Below are positions 39,690-52,010 of a DNA stretch of 64,000 nucleotides, piece by piece. The position numbers were made by a program, and so were the translations under genes. A model generated the notes under the pieces. It had not been told where the DNA came from, did not search any database, and saw nothing but the letters and a program-made list of their open reading frames with translations. The stretch lies in the NCBI RefSeq assembly GCF_004010195.1, contig NC_057753.1, positions 1,811,930-1,875,929 on the forward strand, given 5' to 3'. This DNA comes from Chiloscyllium plagiosum (Eukaryota). Each line of letters begins with the position of its first letter. Within the stretch, counting starts at the first letter, position 1.

Positions 39690-41520
39690 GAACCCATGTT
39701 TAGTGTTCCTGGAAAAGTGTTCAGCTCTCTCTCTTACGCGCAGTGCCAAGGTTGTTATAGCATCCAGGGACATAGTCGGCTATGATGAATTAACCCTACT
39801 GGTCCCACATGCAGTATCTTTACTGGTTTCCGAACAAAATACAGCACACATGTCGGCAGCACGTTGGCTGAGATACAATGCCGTGTATTGGACATGCCTG
39901 CTAGCCTTCTCACCTCAGAAGGAAACGGCGGTCCTCATGATTGTATTGCTGAAACTAATAAGGTTTGCAGCCCCAGATTTGCAAGTTTCACCACTTCAAA
40001 ATCAGGATATGGAGGTTTTTTTTGTGGATGGGTCCGCATTCAGGAACAAGGAGACAGGCCAGAACTGTGTTGGATATGCAGTAGTGACTACCCATGAGGT
40101 AGTCAAAGTGGGATCATTCCCTACTCATCGTTTGCTTTGACTGAGGTATATAAATTGGCTAAGGGAAATACAGTGAATATTTACTCCGATAACAGATATG
40201 CATTCGGGGTTGTACATGATTTTGGAACCCTGTGGAAACCGAGGGGTTTTTTAACCTCCACCAGAAAGCCAATCACACGCCGTGGCCTGATGTCTGACCT
40301 CCTGGAAGCGGTCCTTTTGCCCAAATCAATTTCTGTGTGTAAATGTGAAGTCCACACAAAAAATAACGATTCCATTTCTCAAGGCAATGCGAGGGCAGAT
40401 TCAGCAGCAAGAACGGCAGCTCAGCAGCCGCCATGTGATACGTTTGACATGTGTATGACAAAAATTTTTACGTCAACAGGGAGTTACAGTCACAGGCCAC
40501 GCTGGAAGAAAAGTGTGAGTGGACGAAAGCAGGATGCAGTGTGAGGGAAGGAGTATGGTGTGGCTCCAATGGTAAACCCTGTCTACCACGATTATTATCT
40601 CCATTCTATGCCAAACTGACACACGGTAAGGACCATGTGTCAAAAGAGGGGATGTATGGCAGTATTTCGGCACACTGGTACACTAAGGGATTTACTCATT
40701 TTCCCAGAGATATTGTGAACGATGTGTTATCTGTGCCACTGATAACGTGGGGAGGGGAATACAGATGAGTCAGGCAGCACACCCCGACCCCAAAAACCCT
40801 TTGAACATTTACAGATGGATTTCTTTGAACTAAGATGCAGCGAAGGAAAAAGGTATTGCCTGGTAATAGTTGATAAGTTTTCCAAATGGGTGGAAGAGTT
40901 CCCACGTCTAACAGGATGCATGTGCAGTAGCCTAGGCTCTGCTAACTGAAATAATTCCGAGATGGGACATCCCTGAAAGGCTTAGTAGCGACAATGGGAC
41001 ACCATTTGTCAATAATGCCCTACAGCAGATCAGTGATTATTTGGGATTAAACGTGAGACAACACTGTCCCCATCACCCAGCGAGCGGTGAGGCAGTGGAA
41101 AGATAAAAATGGTACCCTAAAAAAAATTGACGAAATGTTGTGAGGAACTAGGGGTGACATGGACAAAGGTACTTCCGATTGTGCTAATGATTATGCGATC
41201 TAGTAGGAGAGGAAGAGCTAATCTTAGCCCGATTGAGATTTTATTCGGTAGGTTGCCCAACCAAGGAATTGGCTCAAGACCTAAAATAAGATAGGCAACA
41301 GGCCACTGTGAGGATGAGATGTCGTATTACTGTATAAAACACTCTACAATTTTGTCTGAAGTATAGAATCAAGTGAAAGCAGAACTACCCCAATCAGCAG
41401 AGGGGAAGCTGCACGATCTGGCGACTGGATAGTGGTGAAAGCCTTCAGGAGGAAAGGCTGGAGGGCGTGGAGGTGTCTGGGACCATTTCAAGTGTTCCTT
41501 ACAACACAAACAGCTCTTAA
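39690..41520 (+). pseudogene. pol: Retroviral pol remnant: RT connection, RNase H and integrase (frameshifted)
   Basis: LTLLVPHAV...SAARWLRY; RNase H FVDGS...GYAVV, VNIYSDNRYAFGVVHDFG and GNARAD; integrase HHCC region THGKDH; catalytic core FEHLQMDF, LVIVDKFSKWVE and SSDNGTPF. Confidence 0.9.
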
Positions 41521-41827
41521 AATCACCAAGTTTTAGCCATCTAGCTATGTTTTTTGAAGACATCTGGCTCTATTTACTTTGTTGTCCTTGTTGTCATAAA
41601 ATGACAAAAAGGGGGAAAATGTAATGGAAAATGAACAACATTAACATTTACTCTGAAATCCATTTATTCTGAAATCTGAAACAGAATGCTTTACGAACTT
41701 TAAAAATTTTCTGACACTTTGCTGAAGTCTGCAGTCGAGGGACAGCTTGTCTCTGCTAAATTTTTGTAACCATTCAAACTGGCTTTGTGAGCAGTCGATT
41801 TCAGATTTGAGCTAAGGAAAACACCGT

Positions 41828-42125
41828 GGGCGGCACGGTGGCACAGTGGTTAGCACTGCTGCCTCCCAGCGCCTGAGACCCGGGTTCAATTCCCGCCTCA
41901 GGCGACTGACTGTGTGGAGTTTGCACGTTCTCCCCGTGTCTGCGTGCGTTTCCTCCCACAGTCCGATGATGTGCAGGGTCAGGTGAATTGGTCATGCTAA
42001 ATTGCCCGTAGTGTTAGGTAAGGGGTAAATGTAGGGGTATGGGTGGGTTTCGCTTTGGCGGGTCGGTGTGGACTTGTTGGGCCGAAGGTCCTGTTTCCAC
42101 ACTGTAATGTAATCTAATCTAATCT
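41828..42125 (+). mobile_element. HE1 SINE inserted into the 3' LTR
   Basis: gggcggcacggtggcacagtggttagc head and (aatct)n tail. Absent from the 5' LTR, which reads gaaaacataaagacag contiguously at 39481-39496. Confidence 0.95.
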
Positions 42126-42472
42126 AAAAAAAAAGACGGTTATGTCCACAGGAATGGAAAGAAAAAGGAATCGAATATTCCTAACCCTTGTCCTTGAGCG
42201 GCTGATAAGAGTGATACAAGAAGAATATGTGAATCTGGTTTGAAGCCCTTACACGAGGCATTTCTGCCAGGTGCATTGACCCTGCATTCAGTTTTTAATA
42301 ACGCTTTTTCTTTGCTCTTAATAGCATCTGAGTCTAGTCAGTATAATTTCCACGAGAAAGAGCACGGCTGAACCAAGATGACATATGCAAATGAACATAA
42401 AAAGCAACGGATAGACTATAACATCCAACAAAAAATGCGTTTTACTGTTATTTTAATGTGATATTTATTTAA

Positions 42473-43201
42473 TCATGTAAACACTAGTTTCAGGGGAAAT
42501 TTTGGCAATTTCTTCAGTTGCTGTCTCGATTTTCCCTGTGACCCTTCATAAAGAAATGAGTTGATACAGGAACTCAAAAGCTGAAGCATAAAATCAACTT
42601 CCTCAAGTATAATGTTTGACTCAGTGTAATATGAAACTGAGAGACAAATTGAGTCTTTCAAGTTGAGCACTGAGGAAGATCAGGAGTATCAACAAAAAGG
42701 ATAGGAACAAACTGCCGATATGTTGAAGAATAATACAACGTACCTGACAGTGAAGACATTGAGCAGCAAAAACAGAACTAATACAAGACAAGAGTTTAAA
42801 ATTACAATTATGCAATTAAATCCAACTCAAATGGGTGAGGTATAAAATATTGCTTGATCCTACAATGCCAAGCTACATCATGGTTGAAAAAGGAAGGGTC
42901 ATAACGGAAATAGAAGGGGGTATTTCTGATAAAGCTCGAATTGCAGTCAGTTAACATAATTACAGCCGTTTAGTTTAAAGCTTCCAGAAATAAATGACAA
43001 CGAATCTATCAAAGGTGAAAGTCGCTGTTCCACAGACCGATGAATCTGAAAATCTATGAATTAACAAGGGCCTTGGTCTACAGTCCAGAGTGAAGATCAC
43101 GCATGTCATTGGGAAATATATACCAACAACCGGTTTAATATCACAGCTGTAATAATGACCAGCAGATGTGTTACTGCTATGGAAACCGGGTAATAGGTGA
43201 T
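42473..43201 (-). pseudogene. GPR139/142-like GPCR copy D, exon 2 (heavily degraded)
   Basis: MLQLLSSCINSFLY, TFTFDRFVVI and VVGIYFPMT are recognisable in different frames. Deletions remove ICL3 (junction about 42738) and the acceptor/TM1 region (junction about 43201). The intron homolog continues to about 44290, but no exon 1 was found. Confidence 0.88.
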
Positions 43202-44294
43202 AAATAATGAGTGAATGTCTGTTATCAACAAACGTAGTTGTCACCAAAGAAAGACACAAGTCGACATTTAATGCATACATTTCTGGAAGCAATTACGAAG
43301 AGTGAACAGGATCCACATTTTTTACTAAAATATTTCTCTTTAGCTGCAGAAAAAGATCACTAGTTGGCACTGAATTCTGGGTAATAGGTAATAGTGGCAA
43401 TAGGAGTATAGAACTTCGTAGAATCTTTAGAGGAAACTGCCCAGTCGGCCCAATAAGTCCACACCCACCCTCCGAAGCGCATCCCTTACTCCGTTCCTGT
43501 AACCCTGCATTTCCCAAGTTGAATCCATCTAACCCACATATGCCTGGACACTATAGGCAATTTAGCATGGCCAATCCACCTAACCTGTACATCTTTGGAA
43601 CAGGGATATATAGAAATATATCATCAGTTTTGAAATTCGATCTTCACGATTCAGGTGCAAGAAATCCATTCTATCCTGCTCTTGAGATTTTTATAGAGTA
43701 ACAAAAGCTAAAGTAGTCTGCCACATTGCGAAATTGATGAAGCATAATATTATACCGACCAAGGCAATGGTCGTGAAGAACAAGACGGCATTGAATTAAA
43801 GAAATGGTATGAGTATCATATCGACACAAATGTCCAAGAAGAGATCACTTAAAGAGAAAAGAAAACTTAATTCAAAATTGAATGAAACCTGGCATTGCAC
43901 GTTAAAAAGATCGAAAACTGATGCAACATTTCTTGTGACAGATAATGAAGGAACAGAATGGATGAAGCACAGTCATAGCTCTGTTTGCAATGTTCTCTCG
44001 TTTGATTCTAATGATTTTCGCTACAATTACTATTGAAAGACTTCAGGTTTGACTGAATATTGTACGGCCCAGGGTAATGAATTATACCAAACCATTAAAT
44101 TCAAGATGTGAGGAGTAACAGTCGAATATAAAATCTAACTGAACTACCGAGAAGCAGTTCACCACGTTAACATTCAGACTCCTCAGTAGCTGTGCGTGTA
44201 ATTACAATGTGATAAATTTTGAGTGTGATAATTCATTGAAAGTTACAGTGCTCGAATATCAGTCAAAGTTTAAGTGAAATACTTAAAACTGAGA

Positions 44295-44540
44295 TAAGGT
44301 AGGTGGAATGGAAGTGAAATCCACGTTAACACCGTGTGGTTGGAGAGTCCCAATATGGAATATGAGACGTTCATCCTCCAGGCGTCAGGTGGTTCGTATT
44401 GGCGATGGAGGAGACCCAGGACCTGCATGTCCCTGGCAGATTGGAGGGACAGTTAAAGTGTTCAGCCATAGGGCAGTGGTGTTTGTTGGGTGGGTGTCCC
44501 AGAGGTATTCTCTGAAATGCTCCGCAGGTTGGCACCTGCT
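44295..44540 (-). mobile_element. Penelope-like element fragment (GIY-YIG region)
   Basis: Reverse-complement similarity to 3350-3570 (ggttggagagtcccaatatggaatatgagacgttc...ggcgatggaggagacccagg). Confidence 0.55.
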
Positions 44541-44597
44541 TAAGCCATCAATAAAAGTGTTTTAAAAAGAGAACGAATACACGCTGCTGTTGACGCT

Positions 44598-44902
44598 GGG
44601 CGGCATGGTGGCTCAGTGGTTAGCGCTGCTGCCACTAGCGCCAGGGACCCAGGTTCGATTCCAACCTCAGGTGACTGTCTGTGTGGCGCTTGAACATTCT
44701 CCCCGTGTCAGTCTGTTTATTCCATGTGCTCCAGTTTCCTCCCACAGTGCAAAGATGTGCAGGTCAGGTGGATTGGCCGTGTCAAATTCCCCTAGTACTA
44801 GGTGCATTAGTCAGAGGGAAATGGGTCTAGGTGGGTTACTCTTTGACGCGTCAGTGTGGACTGGCTGGGCCGAAGTGCCTGTTGCCACACTGTAGGGAAT
44901 CT
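44598..44902 (+). mobile_element. HE1/V-SINE
   Basis: gggcggcatggtggctcagtggttagcgctgctgcc...ggttcgattcc...tttcctcccacagtgcaaagatgtgcagg...gggccgaagtgcctgtt. Confidence 0.9.
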
Positions 44903-46089
44903 AAAAAAAAATCTTCACCCTAAATGCAGATTCGGTGAAGTCATATTTAATCTGCTCCAAGTTTGTCTTCAAAAAGTCGTTGCTACTCAAGTGATAGATA
45001 CAACGTGTGTTTCTTTAAGACGTAATTACATATTAATAGAAACCTTAATGAAATAAAAGTCAATATACTCAATATCAAATCATTTAATTAACACAGAATT
45101 AATTACACAATATTCACGACATTTCCCTTCATCCAGTAGCTTCTGCACTCCTGTCGCCGAAGGCTGCAGATTTCACATTCATCTGCATTGGACTGATTGC
45201 GTAAGGTTTGCTGGCTATTATCTCAACTTTGCGAAGTATCAAAATGCTTTCTCCTCTAAGCAGCACCTCTCTCAATTTACCGCCTATCTTGCCTCCATTG
45301 TATCTCTTGTGAATGTTTGAATTCACTTTCAAAACGTTGTGGTTTTCTATCCTCCTGGCCGTCCAGCTCTGTTTAATATTCCAGCGCAGCTACCTCTAGA
45401 TCGCGACTGCCCAACTATCTCATGACTTACTGGCTGTTGCCCCTTACCTTCTCACTTGTGGTCCAATTGCAGGATGCTCGCCCCATATTTTTGCTGTTAA
45501 TCGACTCGTCAAAGATTCCGACGATCACTACCTCACCACTTCGATCCTCTCCCCATCCAAAACCCTCCCCCATCCCCCTATATCTGCAGCTCCACTGACA
45601 CCAAACTCCAGTCCTGAAGAAGAGTTACATTCGAAAAATTCACTTCTCCATATCTTGATGCTGTGTAGTTTCCTGTGTACTTCTAGGCTCCAACTTGTCT
45701 ACCTGGTCAAAGATTGTGCCCATTCTACGACAGAGCACTGTATAATTCTTACCATGATTGAATTTGCCTGGAAGTTTTGGTAGCTTCCTGACATGAATTT
45801 GTCCAACCCTGGACAACCCCAGTTTCCTTCCACAGTTAAACAATGTGTAGGTCAGGGGTATTAGCCATGGGTAATGCAGGGTTGCGGGGATATTGCAGTC
45901 AGTCTGGTTCGGATGCTTTTGGAATGGTAGGTGTGAATGCTATGGGCCGAGTGACCTGCTTCTTTACTCCAGAGATACTATGAATAGAGTTACGACTGTG
46001 GTTCTGTGCTCATGAATTAAAATGTTTCTAATGCTATACGAAACGACGATTTTTATATGGTAAATTTTACAAGAGGAAAATAATTTTTT

Positions 46090-46580
46090 AAGTGGTTTTA
46101 TGAAGGGAAGGTCATGTCTCACCAACCTGATTGAATATTTTAAAGAGGTGCTGTGGATTATTGCAGAGGGATGCGAGTTGGTTGTAGTTTATATGGACTT
46201 TAGTACCGCATTTGATAAAGTCCCACATGGCAAAGTGGCCCAAAATAAAAAAAAAACAGTGCATGAGATTCGGTATAGGCAGGTTACATGGATACAAAAC
46301 TGGCTTGGTCATTGAATTCAGAGGCTGGCGGTTGAAGGGTGTTCTTCAGAATGGAGACTGGTAGCTACTGGTGCTGAGGTCCACTGTTTTTTGTATTATA
46401 TATAAATGTTCTGGAGGAAAATGTGGATGATCTGATTAGTAAATTTGCAGGTGATATGAAGGTGAGGTTGCTGATATTGCTGACGAGTGTGCAACCTTAC
46501 AGCAGCATAAGGCAGATGGAGTTTAATCCAAGCAAATACGAGGTGATATGTATTTTGAAGGATCAAACTGAGGTGTGAAT
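46090..46580 (+). mobile_element. CR1 RT fragment
   Basis: KGRSCLTNLIEYF...VVYMDFSTAFDKVPHG...WIQNWL. Confidence 0.85.
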
Positions 46581-48685
46581 TTCTGGATGTTGGTTTTCAG
46601 ACCTTTCACCACCATGCTAGGTAACATCATCAGTGAGACTCCGGATGAAACACTGGTGGCTTGGCCCGCTTTCTATTTGTGTGTTTAGGTTTCCTTGGGT
46701 CCGTGATGTCACCTCCTGCGGTTATGACATTTCCAGTTCTTTTTCTCAGGGCGTGGCAAATGGGATCTTAGTTAATGTGTTTGATGCTCGAGTTCCAGTT
46801 GGAATGCCGAGCTTCTAGGAATTCTCGTGTGGGTCTCTGCTTGGCTTGTCTTCAGATAGGCGCACTAACATTCAGCAGTCAAAAGGAAGGAAGCGCACCC
46901 AGTAACAATAAAGTAAAGCTGTAGAAATACTAAAAAAAAAATTCATTGTTATCATTCCTGCAGACAAAAGACGCTTGATAGTCATTTTAAATCAACGAGA
47001 TTACATTGAGAAATCGAACGCACTACTTGCAGGTACAAACACTTACCAACAAGTGGTGATCGGCTGAAGCCAACAACTAGAGAACCGAATCACAGCCATA
47101 CTCAATAAAGTTCAGAAATCTGGAGAAATAAATAAGACTGACTTCCAAACAATGAAATCAGACCGATCAAGCACACCACACTTCTATGGATTACCTAAAA
47201 TTCACAACCAAGAGCCCCCCCCCCCCAGACCCATAGTCTCACTACCTGGACCACCAACTTAAAAAATTGCCAAGGAGCTACACGAAAGACTAAAAGCCTT
47301 AGTAGAAGACTCGTACCACCCCACCCAAGAATTCCTGAAGACCATCAAAGATAGAAGAGGACGATATTATGATGTCCTTTGACGTAACAGCCCTTTTTAT
47401 ATCCATAAACATCAATCTGGCCAAGGAAACACTGACTGCACTATTAGAAGAACCAAGGATACATGCTCCAAATACCACCAACTTCATCAGCAAGGTCAAT
47501 GTGGTCAAGCTAGTGGACCGACGCCTTACCACCCGCTTCACCATCTACAACAGAACCTACAGACAAACCAACTGAACACCAGTGGGATCTCCCTTATCAG
47601 AGTTCTTAGCAGAGTCAGTAATGCGGAGGCTCAAACGAACAGCTCTGCCAACCATCTAACCCAAACTTTGGTCCGCTATGTGGATGATACCTTTGTCATC
47701 ACGAAACGAACAAAATAAGAGGAAACCTTCCAGAACGCCAATAATACTCTTCGTGGCTTAACGTTTACTAAAGAGGAGGAAAACAACAACAAACTGCCAT
47801 TACCAGATGTCGCAGTAGAGCGAACAGTCAATCGGGAACTTCAAACCAGCGTCAACAGGAAAACAACGCATACTGACCAAGTACTGGACAACAGACGCAA
47901 TCATTCAAACAGCCACAAATAAAGCTGCATGAGAACATTATTTCAACGAGCCACCACACACTGCAGCACCGAGGAACTACGCAGGACGACGGAAAATCAC
48001 CTATACAGTGTATTCAAAAAGTACGGGTACCCAATGAACACAGTCCGACAATTTCTCAGCAACAAAGCCCAACAAACAGACAAAACACGTCCAGAAACCT
48101 TAGCCACTTTCCCCTATATCAACAACATTTCGGAAATGACTCGAAGATTACTCAGAACTCTTGGCATCATGGTTGCCCACAAACCAAAATAACACTGAAA
48201 CAGCAGCTAATTAACTTGAAAGACCCTATACAGACAACAAGCAAAACCACTGCTATTTACAAAATGCCTTGCAAAATTGTAGCAATTGGAGAAACAGATA
48301 GAATACTCGCCACCAGGATACATGCACATCAACTAGCCACAGAAAGACATGACCCACTCTCACTAGTATCCTTACATGCAGATGGGGAAGGACACCACTT
48401 CAACTTGGACAACACATCCATCCTAGAACAAGCCAAACAGAGAAACGCACAAGAATTCCTAGATGTATGGTGTTCCAATTGGAACTCTATCACCTCACAA
48501 GAAAATAAGTTAATGACATCACCACAAGAACTGTCCCAAGGAAACCTTAACACATATATGGAAAGCGGGCTACGCCACCAGTGCTTCATCCGGAGGGTCA
48601 CTGATGATGTTACCTCGTATGGTGACGGAACGTCTGAAAACAAACCTTTCGGCTCAGCGGGCAAACCTACATCTAGAACCTCGAG
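46581..48685 (+). mobile_element. Penelope-like element (RT plus GIY-YIG) with an inverted 5' copy of its 3' terminal repeat
   Basis: IIPADK, FYGLPKIH, MMSFDVTALF, VGSPLS, RYVDDTF and GIY-YIG-like AIYKMPC...IGET...RIHAHQ. Bases 46581-46850 are the reverse complement of about 48426-48678; the ORF track shows LRMKHWW...FPW on opposite strands. Confidence 0.9.
48580..48652 (+). ncRNA. Degenerate minimal type I hammerhead ribozyme motif in the Penelope terminal repeat (second copy on the minus strand at 46600-46633)
   Basis: CTGATGA-t-GTTACC-tcgtat-GGTGAC-GGAA-CGTC here, and CTGATGA-t-GTTACC-tagcat-GGTGGT-GAAA-GGTC in the inverted copy. Their consensus has the CUGANGA / stem II / GAAA / GUC core. 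Confidence 0.6.
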
Positions 48686-49449
48686 CTGAGCAGTTTCGGT
48701 CGACACATTACCAGAAAAACGTGAAACTTTGGGCAGAGTGCAGAGAAGGTCCACCAGGATGCTCCCTTGTGTCAAAGGCATTGGCTATTTTAAAAAGGTC
48801 AGGATTGTTTTCATTTGTTATGGACCAGGAAAGACCTCCTCAGCACATTTCAAGAATGCAGCTCAGGTACTAAACTTTCTCGTATAAAGCATTTGTCTAA
48901 TGGATATTCCAGGAGTATTGCAGCTGGTCCAATCACTCAGCTTTTAACAAAACAGAATTTATTTGCAGGCAAAGAAAATAATGCAGAATATAAAATAACA
49001 TAATGTCGGAAAACCCAAATCTCCCCAAAAACGCAAATTAATGAGGCTGTTCGAAATAATTGCAATCCCATAAACATCCCCTTGGCAAAACAGGTAAAAT
49101 TAAACACAAGATCTTAGAGGTGAGATGCCCAATGGAGAGGATCAGCGTCGAAGTATTTCTTTTGTGTCCACAGCAGCTTCTCTCGGTTCACAGCTAAAAT
49201 GGACGAGCATCCACAAACAAAACAGTTTGCAAAACCCAAACGAACCCTTAACTGGGAGAATTGCCTACTGCCCTTTCGGTGTACAAGTGATTTTTCTTCT
49301 ATTAAAAAAAACAATCAACTCCTTCAAGTGGATAAATGTAAACATATCAGAACTTCTGCCGTTTACATCCCCTTTTGAAAAAAAGTTGAAGCACGATATA
49401 ACCTTGTTAATGAAGCAGCATCGTCACACACTGGAAAGACTGTGACTGA

Positions 49450-49840
49450 GAGGTCATCTGAAAAACGTCTATAAAATTATGAGAGGCATGGATAGGGGAG
49501 ATTTGTCAGAAGCGTTTTCGCACGATTGAAATTTGAATTACAAGTGAGCTCAAGTTCAAGGTGAGAGTGGGAATATTTAAGGGAGATGTGTGAGGGAATA
49601 TTTACACAAGGCATGGTAGGAGCCTGGAACGCCCTGCCAGCGTCGATGGTGGAATCAGGCACGTTGGCGACATTTAAGAGACATTTCGATTGTTACATGA
49701 ATGGGCGACAATAGAGGGATATGGACTGAATAAGGGCAAAAGTATTTTTTTTTAGTTTAGTTTGGGCATGATGATCGCCACAGGCTTAGTCATCGGAAGG
49801 ACCCATTCCTGTACTGTAATTCTGTTTGTTCTTTGATCTA
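49450..49840 (+). mobile_element. CR1 3' fragment
   Basis: ctgagaggtcatctg...tataaaattatgagaggcatggatagg...gcctggaacgccctgcca. Confidence 0.75.
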
Positions 49841-50869
49841 AACAACAATAAATAAATGATTGGCATGTCTCAAAGTAGTCACATTCAGCCACAATAGATA
49901 CACCCTGGGTCGTTAAGTAGAAGCAAGGGTAGAAATATGAAATTATATTCTCAATCTTTCAAACCTCCTTCAATGCTGGTATTATGATAGATGAATGGAA
50001 AGTTGAATGTCTTAAATATCTGAAAATAAAATGAAGGAAATAAACGAAGCAGTCACGCAAATATCAGACTTGGTGTGCGAGGTGGGGGCATCTATGGAAA
50101 CCATGATCTGTAGTATAAATAGTTTTCACTTAGAAAATCGTCAGTTGCTAAATGACAGCCGACATGACGTTGTGAAAGACAAAACCTGGCAAGCACAATT
50201 AAATTGTTGAAATTATATGAATGATGAAGGCAATCCTGTTGGTGTTTTATATGTGGGTTTTATAAGATGTCTCATATAAGTCTGATACTTTAGAAAAAAA
50301 TAAATCTCATTGGTTTAAAAAGATGAGACAGTCACATTTTTGATACAAAATTGGCTATGTGACAGAAAATGGGAAATGGTGGTGAGTAGATATTTTACAG
50401 ACTGAAACACAGTAACGTAGAAGATAAGAGTTGGAGGAGGCTATTCGGCCCTTCGAGCTCACTCTATCATTTTCACGATCATGGCTGACCGTTTAACTGA
50501 ATAACCTGATCCTGCTTTCTTCCCTTAACCTTTGATCCCATGTGTCCTAAGCGCTATATCTGACCATCGCTTGAATCAATCCAATATTTTGGAAGGGACA
50601 TACGTTGATTTGTTCTGTTGTTGTTCAGAGTATCACACTTTTAATACATATTATTAATATCATTATAAATTTGCATATGATATACAAGGTGCAAATGCAG
50701 GCAGAATTGAGGAAGAGAATAGCAAACTTCCAGAGGACATAAACTGCAGAAAATCGCAAATATACAAGAAGTCTGAGAAGCGTGTTAATACATTTTCGAA
50801 AGAAGAATGAGAATAGACAATTTAAACTAAATGATAACATATGTCTGCCTTAAATGCCATTACCTGCAC

Positions 50870-52010
50870 GTGGCTTAAGCTCCTCTGCCTCCCCATCCCC
50901 GCATCTTGAACATTTGTCCTCTCATGATTCACTCGCCCAACCTAGGGAAAAAGCCTCATATTTTCCACTCTATCTATGACTCTATCCACGACTCTATCCA
51001 CAATGTTTTAAACATCTATCAGGTCGCCCCTCAACCTCCTGTGTTCCAGTGAAAATAACTCAGGCTTCCAACTGTCCTTCACAAGTAAAATCCCACATCC
51101 GAGGCAACACCCTGGTAAAGCTTTTGCGTGACTTCTCCAAAGCATCCATTCTTCTTGATAGTGTGGTAATGAGAATTGTACACAGTTTTCCAAATGTGAC
51201 TGAAGTACAGTTCTCTCAATCGGCTGCTTAACTTGCAAATACTTATAATTAAAACACTGTCCAGTGAAGACAAGCATACCATAGTTATTTTTCACAACCT
51301 TATTTCCCTGCAATGCAAACTTCAGTGAACTGGGGATCGACAAACACAGATCCTTCTGCATATCAGTACTCCTAAGTGTTCTGCGATTCACTGTAAAATG
51401 TCAACCTGCAATTGAACTGACAAAATGTATCACTTCCCATTTGCCTGGACCAAATTCTACCTACCATTTTCAGCCCCGCTTCCACTAGATTCATATCCTG
51501 TTGTAACTTCTGATGATCCATGTCACCATCTGCAACTGCATCAATCTTTGTATCGTCCACAAACTTCTAATAGCATCAACCACATTTTCCTTGAAATTAT
51601 TTGTGTAGACAAGAACGATAGACACCCCAGCTCTGATGGCTGTGGAACACAACTTGTCACAACTTTTCACTTCAGAAAACATCCTTCCACAGGTTCATTC
51701 TCTATCCTATAACTCAGATAGCTCAGAACAATTTGAGCTCACGTCTGATATCATGTGACATTACATTTTCTGCCGGTTTGCCTTGAGAGGCATTGTCAAA
51801 GGCTTTACTGACGTCCATGCAGACAATGTAGACCATTTTCCCTCATCATTCGCCTTCGTCACCTTCTCAAAAACCTTGATGAAGTTATTGAGACATGACC
51901 TCCCAGATATAAAACAATGCTGTAGATCATTGATAAGTCCATTTGTTTCTAAATGTGTACAGGACTTGTTACTAAGAATCCAGTCCAATAATTTCCCTAC
52001 CACTAGGATG
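50870..52010 (-). mobile_element. CR1 RT fragment
   Basis: LQHCFISGRSCLNNFIKVFE, DDTKI and ELFSLEHRRLRGDLIDV in minus-strand translation. Confidence 0.85.

Larger units (their letters stand above)
39277..42357 (+). mobile_element. Internally deleted class I (epsilon/gamma-like) endogenous retrovirus
   Basis: 5' LTR at 39277-39685 and 3' LTR at 41620-42357, both starting tgtaatggaaaa. PPT aaaaagggggaaaa at 41606-41619. TSD aagag at 39272-39276 and 42358-42362. A pol remnant lies between the LTRs. Confidence 0.9.

Noticed and set aside
41828..41900. tRNA-like sequence with A and B boxes (also 29535-29606 and 44598-44670)
   Set aside because: These are tRNA-derived SINE heads continuous with V-domain and LINE-derived tails, not tRNA genes.
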